Shown: piece by piece, positions 44,440-57,000 of the stretch
Layout: every line of letters starts with the position of its first letter
Position numbering within the stretch: position 1 is the stretch's first letter
Source of the DNA: an uncultured Acidobacteriota bacterium
GTDB lineage: Bacteria > Acidobacteriota > Thermoanaerobaculia > Multivoradales > UBA5704
Assembly: GCA_963752235.1 (NCBI GenBank)
Contig: CAVVXL010000021.1
Span: 9,133 to 73,132 of the forward strand
DNA length: 64,000 nt
Reading direction: 5' to 3'
Translations under genes and position numbers: made by a program
The notes under the pieces: model-generated
Databases searched by the model: none
What the model was told of the DNA's origin: nothing
The model's input: only the letters and a program-made list of their open reading frames with translations

Positions 44440-47400
44440 TCAGGCCGTGCCGCCCTCGAGCTCGGCGAGCAACCTCGCCAGCAGGTCGGTGTCCGCCCGC
44501 TCCAGACTCTTTTGGACGATGGCTTCGGCGAGGCCCGCGACCGTTGGACTGTCGAAGATGACCCGCAGGGGCAGCTCGACGCCGAAAGCTTTCTGCACCC
44601 GGGAGAGCACCTGAGTCGCCATCAGCGAGTGCCCTCCCAGCTCGAAGAAGTTGTCCCTCGCACCGACGCGGTCGAGGTGGAGGACCTCGGCCCAGATCGC
44701 CGCCAGGCGCTCCTGGGCCTCCCCTGCCGGCGCCACGTACTCGCGCCCCAGGTCGGGGCGGCTGCCGTCGGGGGCCGGCAGGGCCTTGCGGTCGACCTTG
44801 CCGCTCGCCGTCAGCGGCAGGCCCGGCAGCGCCATGAACAGCGCCGGGATCATGTACTCCGGCAGCTCGGCGCGGAGGGCCGTGCGCAGGGCGGCGGCGC
44901 TGACCACCTCCTCCCCCGCCGGCACGTAGTAGGCCGCGAGCTGCGGGCTGCCGGGCACGTCCTCGCGCACCGTCACCACCACCTGCGACAGCGCCGGCTG
45001 GCGCGCCAGCACCGCCTCGATCTCCCCCAGCTCGATGCGCAGGCCGCGCAGCTTGACCTGATGGTCGATGCGGCCGAGGAAGTCGACGGCTCCCTCCGGC
45101 AGCAGCCGCGCCAGGTCGCCGGTGCGGTAGAGCCGCGCTCCTGCGTCCCCCGAGACCGGGTCGGGAACGAAGCGCTCCGCCGTCAGCTCGGGCCGCGCCA
45201 GATAGCCGCGCCCCACCTGCACGCCGCCGATCAGCAGCTCGCCCGCAACCCCGATCGGCACCGGCCGCAGCTCGCGGTCGAGCACGTGGATCGCGGTGTT
45301 GGCGACCGGCCGGCCGATCGGCACCAGGTTGCGCCGGTCGAGCGGCTGGCAGGCCCAGAAGGTGACGTCCACCGCCGCTTCCGTGGGGCCGTAGAGGTTG
45401 TGCAGCTCGACCTGCGGCAGGCGTGCGAAGAAGCGCCGCTGGAGCTCACAGGAGAGCGCCTCGCCGCTGCACACCACCCGCACCAGAGTGCCGCCGCACG
45501 CCTCCGCCTCCGGCGCCTCGAGGAAGGCCTGCAACATCGACGGGACGAAGTGGGTCGTGGTGATCCCCTCGCTCGCGATCGTCCGCGCCAGATAGGAGGG
45601 GTCCTGATGGCCCCCCGGGCGCGCCATCACCAGCCGCGCTCCGGTCAGCAGCGGCCAGAAGAGCTCCCAGACCGACACGTCGAAGCTGTAGGGGGTCTTC
45701 TGCAACACCCGGTCGGCTTCCGTCAGCCCGTAGCGCTCCTGCATCCAGAGCAGCCGGTTGACGATCCCCCGGTGGCTGTTCATCGTCCCCTTCGGCCGGC
45801 CGGTCGAGCCCGAGGTGTAGATCACGTAGGCGAGGCTCCCCGCCCCCCCGTCCGCCGCCGGCCGCGCCGCGTCCATGACTTCCAGGTCTTCCGGAGGGGC
45901 CGCCGCCGCGCCGTCGAGCGGCAGGACCTGGCCGCCGTGACCACGGCCGTCGCCGCGCTCGGGGAGGCACGAGAGCAGCCGCTGCTGCGCGAGCACCACC
46001 GGCACCCGGGAGTCGGCGAGCATGAAGACCAGCCGCTCCGCCGGGTAGTCCGGGTCGAGGGGGAGATAGGCGCCGCCCGCCTCGAGCACCCCGAGGAGAC
46101 CGACGACCATCTCGAGCGAACGCTCCGCCAGCACGCCGACGACGGTCTCCGGCCCCACTCCCGCCGCGCGCAGGCGCCGGGCGAGCCGGCGGCTCCGTTC
46201 GGCGAGCTCGGCGTAGGTGAGGCTCTCCCCCTCGTAAACCACCGCCGGCCGCTCCGGGCAACGCTCGACCTGGGCCGCGATCAGCCCGTGCAGGGTAGGA
46301 GAGGCGGGGTAGGCCGCGGCGGTGTCGTTCCATTCGGCGATCTGCCGCGCCTCCTCGGGCGACAGCAGCGGCAGATCGATCACCCGCCGCTCCGGGTCGG
46401 TGGCCGCGGCATCGAGCAGGCGGACGAAGTGCCGGGAAATGCGCAGGATGGTGGCGGCATCGAACAGCTCGGTGCTGTACTCCAGGTCGAAAAGGGTCCG
46501 CTCGTCGTCGACCTGCACCGACAGCGTGAGGTCGAACTTCGACGTGCCGCTGGCGACCCCCATCGGGGTCATCTTCAACCCCTCTTCGGTCGCGAAGTCC
46601 TCGCGCGGGAGAGTGCGGAACGCCAGCATGACCTGGAAGAGCGGCGAGTGGCTGAGGCTGCGCTCGGGCGACAGCTCCTCGACGAGCTTCTCGAAGGGGA
46701 CGTCCTGGTGAGCGTCGGCGTCCAGCACCCGCTCGCGGAGCTCGGCGACCAGCGCCCGTACCGCGGAGTCGCCGGTGACGTCGCAGCGCAGGACCAGGGT
46801 GTTGACGAAGAAGCCGATCAGCGGCTCGGTCTCGACCCTGTTACGGCCGGCGACCGGCACCCCCACGGCGAAGCTCTCCTGGCGGCTGTAGCGGTGCAGC
46901 AGGGCCGCGAAACCGGCGAGCAGGACCATGAACGGGGTCGCCCCCTGGCGGCGGCCGGCGGCCTTGAGCGCCTCCGAGAGCTCGCGGCCGAGGACCAGGC
47001 GTCGCGTCGCGCCGCGCCAGCTGCGCGTGGCAGGGCGGGGCCGGTCGGCCGGCAGCTCGATCAGCGGGGGCAGGCCGCGCAGCCGTTCCCGCCAGTGGGC
47101 GAGCTCCGCCGCGAGCACCTCGCCCTTGAGCCAGCGGCGCTGCCAGTGGGCGAAGTCGGCGTACTGGATCGGCAGCGGCGGCAGCCCCGGCAGTAACGAG
47201 GATGGCGGCTCGCCGGCGAGGGCCGCCGCGTAGAGGGCGGCCATCTCGCGCACGAAGATGGGGATCGACCAGCCGTCGCTGACGATGTGGTGCATCGTCA
47301 CCAGCAGGACGCTCGAACCGCCGTCGAGCCGCAGCAGCGTCGTGCGGATCAGCGGTCCCTGCTCCAGGAAGAAGGGGAGCCCCGCCTCCGCGGCGATCCG

Positions 47401-50400
47401 GCGGCGGGCCTCGGCCGCCCGCCGCTCCGTATCGAGCCCCGCGAGGTCGACGACCGGGAGGAGCACGGGAAGAGCGGGATGGATCAGCTGGCGCGGGCTC
47501 CCGTCCGCCGCCGCGAAGGTGGTGCGCAGGGCCTCGTGACGCCGCGAGATCCCGGCGAGGGCGGCGGCGAGGGCGGGGACGGCCAGCTCCCCTTGAAAGT
47601 GCAGGGCGAGGGGGATGTTGTAGGTGGCCGTCCCGGGCTCCAGGCGGTCGAGGAACCACAAGCGCTGCTGGGAGAAGGAGAGGGGCAGCTCCTGATCGCG
47701 CGGCACCGGCTCGATCCGCGGCGGGCCCGAAACCTCCCCGGCGGCCCCGGCGCGCCGGATCTCCTCGATGGTGCGGGCGAGGCCGGCGAGGGTGGGGTTG
47801 TCGAACAGCGCCCGCAGCGGCAGCTCGATCCGGAACTGCTCGCGCGCCCGGGAGATCACCTGGGTGCCGAGCAGCGAATGGCCGCCGAGGTCGAAGAAAT
47901 CGTCGTGGGCGCCGGCCCGCGGCACCCCCAGCACCTCGCACCAGATCCCCTCGAGGATCTCCTCGGCCGCCGTGCGCGGCGCCACGAAGCCCCCCTCGCC
48001 CTCGGCGTGCTCGTAGGCGGGCTCCGGCAGGGCGCGCTGGTCGACCCGGCCGTTCGAGGTCAGCGGCAGGGCGTCGAGCAGCACCACGGCGGCGGGGATC
48101 ATGTGCTCGGGGAGGCTCTCGCGCAGGAAATCCCGCAGCTCGCGGACGCTGGTCTCCGCCCCCGGGACCAGCGTCGCGTAGCCGACCAGGCGCTTGCCCA
48201 GCCGGCCGTCGCTGCGCACCAGGACGATGCTGTCCTTCACCCTCGGGTGGCGGGCCAGCACCGCTCCGACCTCCGCCGGCTCGACGCGGAAGCCGCGGAT
48301 CTTGACCTGGTCGTCGCGCCTCCCGAGATACTCGAGGTCGCCGGTCGGCAGCCAGCGGCCGACGTCCCCCTGCCGGTACATCCGCAGGCCGGCGCCGTAG
48401 CCGAGGCCGGCGGCGAAGGGATCGGGGATGAAGCTCGCCGCCGTGCGGTCGGGCCAGTTGGCGTACCCCCGCGAGACGTTGGGGCCGCCGATGTAGACGT
48501 CCCCCGCCACCCCCACTGGTACCGGCTCCAGGGCGGCGTCGAGCACGTAGGCGCAGCAGTTGTGGATCGTCCTGCCGACCGGCACCCGGTCGCCGGCGCG
48601 GAAGCGCGGCAGGTCCTCGGCGCCGGGCTCGTAGACGACGGCGGTCACCGTCGCCTCGGTCGAGGCGTAGCTGTTGTTCAGGCGCACGCGGTCGCCGACC
48701 AGCTCCAGCCACTCCGCCACCCGCTCGGGGAGCGCCTGCTCGGTGCCGATGACGACCAGGCGCAGCGGCTCGGGCGGCGGCGTCTTCGCCCGCGCCATCT
48801 CCCCCACCCACTCGTGCCAGTAGGCGGTGGGCAGGTCCATGGCGGTGATGCCGTAGCGCACGATGAGCTCCGCGAGCTCGCCGAACGACGGGAAGAGCCC
48901 CGGCGGCCTCGGCACCACGGCGCCGCCGTGGATCCAGGTCGGGAAGATCTCCTCCGAGGTGATGTCGAAGCTGATCGAGGTGAACTGCAGCGTGCGGTCG
49001 CCGGGCCCCATGCGGTAGGCGAGGCCGCAGGCGGTGACGTGATTGATCATCGCCCGGTGCGGCACGGCGACCCCTTTCGGCCGCCCGGTCGAGCCCGAGG
49101 TGTAGACGATGTAGGCGAGGCTCTCGGGGTCGATCGGCCAGTCCGGCGCGGCGGCGCTCTCGGCCGTAAGGTCGAGGCCGTCCACCGCGACCACGGCCGG
49201 CCCGTCGGCAAGCGTGGGGAGCCGGTCCGCGAGGTGCGACTGGATGAGCAGCACCGGCATGGCGGTGTCCTCGATCATCAGGGCGAGCCGCTCCTGCGGA
49301 TACTCGGGGTCGAGCGGCACCCAGGCGCCCCCCGCCTTGAGCACGGCGAGGAGCACGAGCGGCATCTCGAGCGAGCGCTCGACGCAGACGCCGACCGACA
49401 TCTCGGGCCCCACCCCCAGCCGGCGCAGGCGGCGGGCCAGGCGGTTGGCCTGCGCCTCGAGCTCGCCGAAGGTCAGCGTGCGGCCGCCGAAGAGGACGGC
49501 CGGCGCGTCCGGCGCAAGGCGGGCAGCCTCCGAAACGCGGTCGAGGATGGTCGCGGGAGCGCCGGCGTAGCGCTGGTTCCAGTCGACGAGGATCTGCCGC
49601 CGCTCCTCCGGCAACAGCATCGGCAGCTCGCCGATCCCCCGCTCGGGAGCGGCGAGGACGGCCGCCAGCAGGGTCTCGAAGTGGCCGGCCATCCGCGCCA
49701 CCGTCGCCTTCTCGAAGAGGTCGGTGCTGTACTCGAGATAGCCGGCGATGCCGCCGGGATGCTCGGACATTTCGAGGGTGAGGTCGATCTTCGCCAGCCC
49801 GCGGTCGACCGGCAGCGTCGAGAGCGCCAGCCCCGGCAAGGCCAGCGCGCCGCCAGCGCCGGCGCCGCCGGCGTTCTGGAGGGCGAAGACCACCTGAAAG
49901 ATGGGGTTGTGCGACAGGTTGCGGTCCGGATGCAGCTCCTCGACGAGCTTCTCGAAGGGGAGGTCGGAGTGGGCGAAGACCGCCAGCGACTCGGCGCGCA
50001 CACGGCCGAGCAGGGCAAGGAAGCTCTCTTCGGGCCGCAGCGTCGCGCGCACCAGCAGGGTGCTGGCGAAGCAGCCGACCACCCGCTCGTGCTCGGTGCG
50101 GTTGCGGTTGGCGACCGGCACCCCGACCACGAAATCGTCAGCCCCGGTGTAGCGGAAGAGCAGGAGGTCGAAGAGGGTGAGGAGCGCCATGAACGGCGTC
50201 GCGCCGGCTTCTTGAGCGAGCGCCTTGAAGCGCGCCGCGGCGGGATCGAGGATCTCGAAGCGCACCGCGTCGCCGCGCGGCGACGCCATGTGGCGCCGCG
50301 GATGGTCGGTCGGCAGCTCGAGGACGGTGGGTGCTCCCTCCAGGCGCTCGCGCCAGAAGGCGATCTCCTGGCGCAGGGCCTCGCCGTGGAGCCTCTGCCG

Positions 50401-51075
50401 TTGCGCGCGGGCGAAGTCGGCATAGCTCGCCCGCGGCGCGGCGAGGGCGGGCTTCTCGCCGGTGGCGAACGCCGCGTAGAGGGCTGCGAAGTCGCGCAGG
50501 ATCAGCCCCACCGACCAGCCGTCGCTGACGATGTGATGGACGCAGAGCAGGAGAACGTGCTCCTCGGCTCCGAGGCGCAGCAGCGTGGCGCGGAAGAGCG
50601 GCCCGCGCGCCAGGTCGAACGGCCGGCGCGACTCCTCGCCGGCGAGCGCCGTCGCCCGCGGCAGGATCTCCTCCTGACCGAGACCAGTGAGATCGATCAC
50701 GTTAAGCAGGGGACCGGCGCCGGGAAGCTCGCACTCGACTCTCTGCACCGGCTCGTCCCCCTCGACGGGAAAGCGGGTGCGCAGCGACGCGTGACGGCGG
50801 GCCAGCTCGTCGAGCGCGCGTTCGAGCGCCCGGCGGTCGAGGATGCCCGAGAGGCGCAGCGCCCGGAACATGTTGTCGAGATAGCTGCCGGGATCGAGCT
50901 GGTCGAGGAACCAGAAGCGCTGCTGCGCGAAGGAGAGAGGGTAGTCTCCCGGCTGGCCGATTGACACGGCGGGTGGGGACGCGCCGCCGCGCGCCTTCTC
51001 GCGGGCGAGGCGGGCGACGAGGGCGAGCTTCTCCTCGCGCGAGAGGTTGGCGAGGTCCGCCGGCGCGACGCTCAC
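44440..51075 (-). CDS. NRPS, two modules (C-A-T-C-A-T)
   Basis: GTG start overlapping the upstream stop (GTGA). HHIVSDGWS twice. YTSGSTGRPKGV twice. T motifs LGGHSLLGTQV and LGGHSLMATQV. Confidence 0.9.
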   Translation of the reverse strand: MSVAPADLANLSREEKLALVARLAREKARGGASPPAVSIGQPGDYPLSFAQQRFWFLDQLDPGSYLDNMFRALRLSGILDRRALERALDELARRHASLRTRFPVEGDEPVQRVECELPGAGPLLNVIDLTGLGQEEILPRATALAGEESRRPFDLARGPLFRATLLRLGAEEHVLLLCVHHIVSDGWSVGLILRDFAALYAAFATGEKPALAAPRASYADFARAQRQRLHGEALRQEIAFWRERLEGAPTVLELPTDHPRRHMASPRGDAVRFEILDPAAARFKALAQEAGATPFMALLTLFDLLLFRYTGADDFVVGVPVANRNRTEHERVVGCFASTLLVRATLRPEESFLALLGRVRAESLAVFAHSDLPFEKLVEELHPDRNLSHNPIFQVVFALQNAGGAGAGGALALPGLALSTLPVDRGLAKIDLTLEMSEHPGGIAGYLEYSTDLFEKATVARMAGHFETLLAAVLAAPERGIGELPMLLPEERRQILVDWNQRYAGAPATILDRVSEAARLAPDAPAVLFGGRTLTFGELEAQANRLARRLRRLGVGPEMSVGVCVERSLEMPLVLLAVLKAGGAWVPLDPEYPQERLALMIEDTAMPVLLIQSHLADRLPTLADGPAVVAVDGLDLTAESAAAPDWPIDPESLAYIVYTSGSTGRPKGVAVPHRAMINHVTACGLAYRMGPGDRTLQFTSISFDITSEEIFPTWIHGGAVVPRPPGLFPSFGELAELIVRYGITAMDLPTAYWHEWVGEMARAKTPPPEPLRLVVIGTEQALPERVAEWLELVGDRVRLNNSYASTEATVTAVVYEPGAEDLPRFRAGDRVPVGRTIHNCCAYVLDAALEPVPVGVAGDVYIGGPNVSRGYANWPDRTAASFIPDPFAAGLGYGAGLRMYRQGDVGRWLPTGDLEYLGRRDDQVKIRGFRVEPAEVGAVLARHPRVKDSIVLVRSDGRLGKRLVGYATLVPGAETSVRELRDFLRESLPEHMIPAAVVLLDALPLTSNGRVDQRALPEPAYEHAEGEGGFVAPRTAAEEILEGIWCEVLGVPRAGAHDDFFDLGGHSLLGTQVISRAREQFRIELPLRALFDNPTLAGLARTIEEIRRAGAAGEVSGPPRIEPVPRDQELPLSFSQQRLWFLDRLEPGTATYNIPLALHFQGELAVPALAAALAGISRRHEALRTTFAAADGSPRQLIHPALPVLLPVVDLAGLDTERRAAEARRRIAAEAGLPFFLEQGPLIRTTLLRLDGGSSVLLVTMHHIVSDGWSIPIFVREMAALYAAALAGEPPSSLLPGLPPLPIQYADFAHWQRRWLKGEVLAAELAHWRERLRGLPPLIELPADRPRPATRSWRGATRRLVLGRELSEALKAAGRRQGATPFMVLLAGFAALLHRYSRQESFAVGVPVAGRNRVETEPLIGFFVNTLVLRCDVTGDSAVRALVAELRERVLDADAHQDVPFEKLVEELSPERSLSHSPLFQVMLAFRTLPREDFATEEGLKMTPMGVASGTSKFDLTLSVQVDDERTLFDLEYSTELFDAATILRISRHFVRLLDAAATDPERRVIDLPLLSPEEARQIAEWNDTAAAYPASPTLHGLIAAQVERCPERPAVVYEGESLTYAELAERSRRLARRLRAAGVGPETVVGVLAERSLEMVVGLLGVLEAGGAYLPLDPDYPAERLVFMLADSRVPVVLAQQRLLSCLPERGDGRGHGGQVLPLDGAAAAPPEDLEVMDAARPAADGGAGSLAYVIYTSGSTGRPKGTMNSHRGIVNRLLWMQERYGLTEADRVLQKTPYSFDVSVWELFWPLLTGARLVMARPGGHQDPSYLARTIASEGITTTHFVPSMLQAFLEAPEAEACGGTLVRVVCSGEALSCELQRRFFARLPQVELHNLYGPTEAAVDVTFWACQPLDRRNLVPIGRPVANTAIHVLDRELRPVPIGVAGELLIGGVQVGRGYLARPELTAERFVPDPVSGDAGARLYRTGDLARLLPEGAVDFLGRIDHQVKLRGLRIELGEIEAVLARQPALSQVVVTVREDVPGSPQLAAYYVPAGEEVVSAAALRTALRAELPEYMIPALFMALPGLPLTASGKVDRKALPAPDGSRPDLGREYVAPAGEAQERLAAIWAEVLHLDRVGARDNFFELGGHSLMATQVLSRVQKAFGVELPLRVIFDSPTVAGLAEAIVQKSLERADTDLLARLLAELEGGTA

Positions 51076-54000
51076 GAACGCTTCTCCTCCGCCAGCATGG
51101 CGCCGAGCAGGGCGTCGAGCTCGGCATCGGACATCGCGGCGGCGCTCTGCTCGATCTCGGTCTCGGTCACTACGGCGGAGTCGACCGCCGATGCCATCCC
51201 CTCGATCGTCCGCCGCTCGAAGACCACCGAGAGGGGGAGGTCGACCCGCAGCACGTCGCGTACCCGGGCGAGGACGCTGGTCGCCTTGAGCGAGTGACCG
51301 CCGAGCGCGAAGAAGTCGTCGCGGACCCCCACCCGCTCGACCCCCAGCACCTCCGCCCAGATCTCCGCCAGGCTGGTCTCGACCGGCGTGCGCGGCGCCA
51401 GGTAGTCCTGATCCCCCTCCGACCGGCTGAGCTCGGGAGCCGGCAGCGACTTCCGGTCGACCTTGCCGTTGGGGGTCAAGGGGAGCCGGTCGAGGAAGAC
51501 GAAGACCGCCGGCACCATGTAGGACGGCAGCGTGCGGCCGAGCACGTCGCGGAGCTTCTCGGCCTTCGGCGCCTCGCCGTTATTCACCTCGGAAGGCCCG
51601 GAGGGCACGACGTAGGCCACCAGCCGGCGGTCGCCGGCGCGGTCCTCGCGGGCGAGGACGACCGCCTCGCGCACGCCGGGAGCCTTGGCGAGCGCCGCCT
51701 CGACCTCGCCGGGCTCGATGCGGAAGCCGCGCACCTTCACTTGGTGGTCGGCCCGCCCCAGGAACTCGAGAGTGCCGTCCGCCAGGTAGCGGGCGAGGTC
51801 GCCGGTGCGGTAGAGGCGAGCGCCGGAACGGGCGCCGACACCGTCGGGAACGAAGCGCTCGGCGGTCAGCTCGGGGCGCCGCAGATAGCCGCGCGCCAAC
51901 CCCTCGCCGCCGATGTAGAGCTCGCCGTGGATGCCGGCCGGGACCGGCTCGAGGTTGCGGTCGAGCAGGTGGATCGCGGTGTTGGCGATCGGGCGGCCGA
52001 TCGGCACCAGCGGGCTCTCCGAGTCGAGGGCGGTGACCGGCTGGAGCGCCGACCAGACGGTGGTCTCGGTCGGCCCGTAGAGGTTCCACAGGCTCCCCGT
52101 GGGACCGACGCGGGCGAGCAGCTCGCGGGCGAGGTCGGCCGGCAGCCCCTCGCCGCCGCAGAGCGCCACAAGCCCCGCCTTCCCCGGCCACCCCGCCTCG
52201 AGCAGCATCTTCCAGGTGGCGGGGGTCGCCTGCATGGCGGTCGCCCCCGAGGACTCGATCAGCGCCGCCAGGCGGGCGCCGTCGGTCGCGACGTCGCGCC
52301 CTGCCAGCTCGACCCGCGCTCCCACCGCGAGCGGCAGGAAGATTTCGAGGACGGCGATGTCGAACGACACCGTGGTGACGGCGAGCAGGACGTCGCTCGC
52401 CGCCAGCCCCGGACGGCGGGCCATCGAGCCCAGGAAGTTGACGGCGCCGCGGTGGCGCACCTCGACCCCCTTGGGGCGGCCCGTCGAGCCCGAGGTGTAG
52501 ATCACGTAAGCGGTGTTCTCCGCCCCCGCGGCAGGCCCGGAGAAGGCCGCGGTCGGCGCGTAGGCCGCTTCGATCTCGACCACCTGGGCGGCGCTCGCCG
52601 GCAGGTTCTCCCGCAGGGCGCGTTCGGTGATCAGCACCGCCACCTGCCCGTCCGCGAGGACGAAGGCGAGGCGCTCTTTGGGATAGGAGGGATCGAGCGG
52701 CACATAGGCACCCCCCGCCTTGAGCACGGCGAGAAGGGCGGCCGGGAGGTCGAGCGAGCGTTGCAGGCTCACCCCCACCAGCACCTCGGGTCCTACGCCC
52801 AAGCCGCGCAGGCGGGCGGCCAGCGTCTCCGCCCGCGCGTCGAGCTCGTCGTAGGTGAGCGACAGCCCCTCGCAGCTCACCGCCACGGCGTCGGGGGTCC
52901 GCCGCCTCGTCGCCTCGAACAGCTCGTGGAGGCAGGCGGCCGCCGGCTCGGGCTCGGCGGTGTCGTTCCAGTCGATCAGCGTCTGCCGGCGCTCCGCCTC
53001 GGTCAGCAGCGGCAGCTCGGAGAGGCGCAGGCTCGGGTTCTCGACCGCCCCCGCGAGCAGGGTCTGGAAGTGGTCGATCATCCGGAGGATGGTCGTGAAG
53101 TCGAACAGGTCGCTGTTGTACTCCCAATGGAAGACCGCGTGCAGGTCGGCGGCACTCGCCTGGAGCCCCACCCGCTGCTCGGCGCGCGGCACCATGATGA
53201 CGTTCATGTCCATCTTGGCGGAGCGGTTGCCGCGCACCAGGAACATCCCCTTGAGGCCGCCGAAGTCGAGGTCGGGGATCGCCGCGTCGTGGAAGTTGAA
53301 CATCACCTGGAAGAGCGGGTTGCGGCCGAGCTGGCGCTCCGGGCGGATCTCCTGCACCAGCCGCTCGAACGGGGTGTCCTGATAGACGTAGTTCTCGAGG
53401 CTGGTCTCGCGCACCCGCCCCAGCATCTCGCGGAAAGTGGGGTCACCGGTCATGTCGCCGCGGATCACCAGGCTGTTGACGATCATGCCGAGCAGGGTCT
53501 CGGTTTCCTTGGCGCGGCGGTTGGCGTTGTTGGTGCCGAGCAGGATGTCCTCCTGCCCGGTGTAGCGGCTGAGCAGCGAGAAGAAGCCCGAGAGCATCGT
53601 CATGTAGAGGGTGAAGCCCTGGGCGCGGCCGAACTTGCGCAGCGAGTCGTAGAGCTTCGGCGGCACCGGGAAGATCGTGATGTCCCCCTTGAACGATCCG
53701 CGGGCCAGGCGCGGGCGATCGGTCGGCAGCTCAAGGAAATGGGTGCTGCCGGCGAGCTTCTGGCGCCAGTAGGCCATGATCTTTTCCATCACCGGCCCCT
53801 CCATCCAGCCGCGCTGCCAGGCCGCGAAGTCGGCGTACTGGATCGGCAGCTCGGGGAGGGGGGACGGCAGGCCGGCGGCGAAGGCGGCGTAGAGCGCCTT
53901 CATCTCGCGCAGCAGGACGCCGAACGACCAGCCGTCATGGACGAAGTGGTGCTCGACCTGGATCAGCTCGTGGAGGTCGGCGTCGAGGCGCAGCAGCCGC

Positions 54001-57000
54001 CAGCGCAGCAGCGGGATGCGCGCGATGTCGAAGGCGACCTGAGTCGACTCGAAGACCAGGCGCTCGGACTCCTCCTTGCGGATCGCCTCGGGGAGGGCCA
54101 CGAGATCGATCAGCGGCATGTCGACCGCCATGCCGGGGTGGATCACCTGCACCGGCCGGCCGTCGACGTCGGGGAAGCTGGTGCGCAGCACCTCGTGGCG
54201 GTGCACGATCTCCTCCATCGCCGCCTGGAAGGCGCCGACGTTCAGCTCCCCTTGGAGCCAGAGGGTGAACTGGAAGTTGTAGGCGATGTTGCCGCCGGCG
54301 GTCAGCCGGTTGAGGAACCACACCCGCTCCTGCGGGAAGGAGAGCGGGATCGGCCGGTCGCGCGGGGCGAGGCGGATCGGCGGCAGCTCGGGGAGCTCGC
54401 TTTCGGCGCTCCCCCGCTCGGCCTTCTCGATCGCCTCGGCGAGCTCGGAGATCGTCGGCTTCTTGAACACCTCGACCAGCGACAGCTCGACCTGGAAGAC
54501 CTGGCGCACCCGCGCCGCCAGCTTCGCCACCAGCAGCGAATGGCCGCCGAGCTGGAAGAAGTCGTCCTCGATGCCGATCCGCTCGACCCCCAGCAGCTCG
54601 CTCCATAGATCGACCAGCACCTCCTGGATCGGGTTGCGCGGGGCGACGTAGTCGGCGTCGACGTCGGGGCGGCCGATGGGGGCCGGCAGGGCCTTGCGGT
54701 CGAGCTTGCCGCTGGCGTTGAGCGGCAGCGCCTCGATCACCACGAAGGAGGCCGGCAGCATGTAGTCGGGGAGCGTCCCCTTGAGCGCCGTCCTGAGGTC
54801 GCCGGTCTGCAGCGCGGCGCGGTCGGCCGGCACCACCCAGGCGACCAGCCGCTTCTCGGCGTTCTCGCCGTAGAGGGCGACGACGGCGTCGCGCACGCCG
54901 TCGAGCTTGCGCAGGGCGGCTTCGATCTCGCCGAGCTCGATGCGGAAGCCGCGCACCTTGACCTGGTGGTCGACACGGCCGCGGAACTCGAGCTCGCCGT
55001 CGAGGCGCAGACGGGCGAGGTCGCCCGTCCGGTAGAGGCGCTCGCCCGGCGCCGCCCCGTCCGCGGGGGCGAACGGGTTGGGGACGAAGCGCTCGGCGGT
55101 CAGGTCGGGGCGGCCGAGATACCCCCGGGCGAGGCCGGCGCCGCCGAGCCAGAGCTCGCCGTCGATCCCCGCCGCCCGCAATTCGAGATCCCGCCCCACT
55201 ACGTAGGTGCGGGCGTTCGCCACCGCGCGGCCGATGGCGATCCGCTGCGGCGCCGGCGTCTCGGCGGGCGCCGTCAGATCGAACAGGGTGCTGACGATCG
55301 TCGCCTCGGTCGGCCCGTAGGTGTTGACCAGGCGGACCCGCTCCCCCACCCGCCGCCGCCAGGCCGCCAAACGCTCGGTGAGCGCCTCCTCGCCGCCCAG
55401 GATGACCAGGCGCAGCGCCGCGGGAGCGGCCAGCCCCTGCGAGTCCATCTCGGCCGCGAGCTCGTGCCAGAACGCCGTCGGCAGGTCGAGGACGCTGATC
55501 CGCAGCCGCCCGACCTCGCGCAGGAAGCCGTCGAGCGAGCCGATCATCGCCTCGTCGCGGAGCACCAGGGCGCCCCCCGCCACCAGGCAGGGGTAGATCT
55601 CCTCGGCGCTAGTGTCGAAGCTGACCGAGGCGAACTGGAGGGTGCGGTCGGCGGGGGTGATCGCGTACTGCGCGACGGCGCTCCGCACGTAGGTCACCAG
55701 CGCCGAGTGCGGCACCAGCACTCCCTTCGGCCGGCCGGTCGAGCCCGAGGTGTAGATCACGTAGGCCGGGCTCTGCGGCAGGGCCGACGACGGAGCTTCG
55801 CCGCTTCCCGCCGCCGCGGTCCCCGCGGTATCCGCGATGGCGGCCCAGTCGGCGTCGAGGCGGACGATCTTTGCCGAGGTCTCCGGCAGGCGGTCGGCCG
55901 TGCGCTCCTGGGCGAGCACGATCCGCGCCCCCGAGTCCTCCAGCATGAAGGCCATCCGCTCGCGCGGGTAGTTGGGGTCGAGCGGCAGGTAGGCGGCGCC
56001 CGCCTGGAGCACTCCCAGCATGCCGACCACCATCCCGGGAGAGCGCTCGACGCAGAGGGCGACGACCGATTCCGGCCCCACCCCCAGGCTCCGCAGGTGG
56101 CGCGCCAGCGTCCCGGCGCGGGCCGCGAGCTCGCCGTAGGTGAGCGTCCCGTCTCCCGCCGTGGTCTCGACCGCGGGAGCGTCCGGGGTGCGCGCCGCCT
56201 GCGCCGCGAACAGGCGGTCGATCGTGGTCTCGGCATCAACCCGGGCCGCGCCGCGGCCGGCGGCGAGGATCTCCCCCCGTTCCTCGGCGGTGACCCCGAG
56301 GAGCGCGCTCAAGCGACTCTCGGGGTGGGTCGCGATCCGCTCGAGGAGAGCCATGGTCCGCGCCAGGATGCGGCGCGCCGCCTCGGCGCTCAGGCGGGTC
56401 CAGTGATAGTTGATACGCAGCGTCAACCGGTCCTCGCCCGGCATGGCGTAGAGGGTGAGCGGGAAGTTTCCCGACTCCGACAGGTGGACCTCCCGGATCT
56501 GGAGGTCGGAGCCGGCCTCTCCCTGGCGCAGGGCGTCGACCGGATAGTTCTCGAACACCAGCACGGATTCGAAGAGGATCCCCTTGCGTCCCACCTCGCT
56601 CCAGGCCATCACCTGGTCGAGCTGGCTGTGCTCGTAGTCGCGCTGCTCGATCTGCTGCTCCTGGAGCGCCTTGAGCCAGGCGGCGACCGTCGAGTCCGGC
56701 CGGTTCTCCACCCGCACCGGCAGCAGGTTGATGAACAGCCCGACCATCGACTCGACCCCTTCGATCTCCGGCGGCCGTCCCGAGACGATGCCGCCGAAGA
56801 CGACGTCATCTCCGGAATTGCCGTCGCCGAAGGAGCCGAGCAGCAGGCTCCAGGCCCCCTGCACCACGGTGTTGAGGGTCACCTGGTGGCGGCGCGCGAA
56901 GCTGCGTAGCGCGGTCGCCAGCTCGGTGGGAGCCTCGAGGACCTCCTCGCGGGCCACCCAGCCGGTGGGATCGCCGCCGGTGCCGCTGCCGTCGAAGGGC

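Noticed and set aside
40396-54608. Series of very long plus-strand ORFs (40396..44391, 44413..47196, 47287..50964, 50961..54608, 54966..56909, 57631..59361)
   Set aside because: Antisense of the NRPS genes. The minus strand carries all canonical C/A/T motifs.
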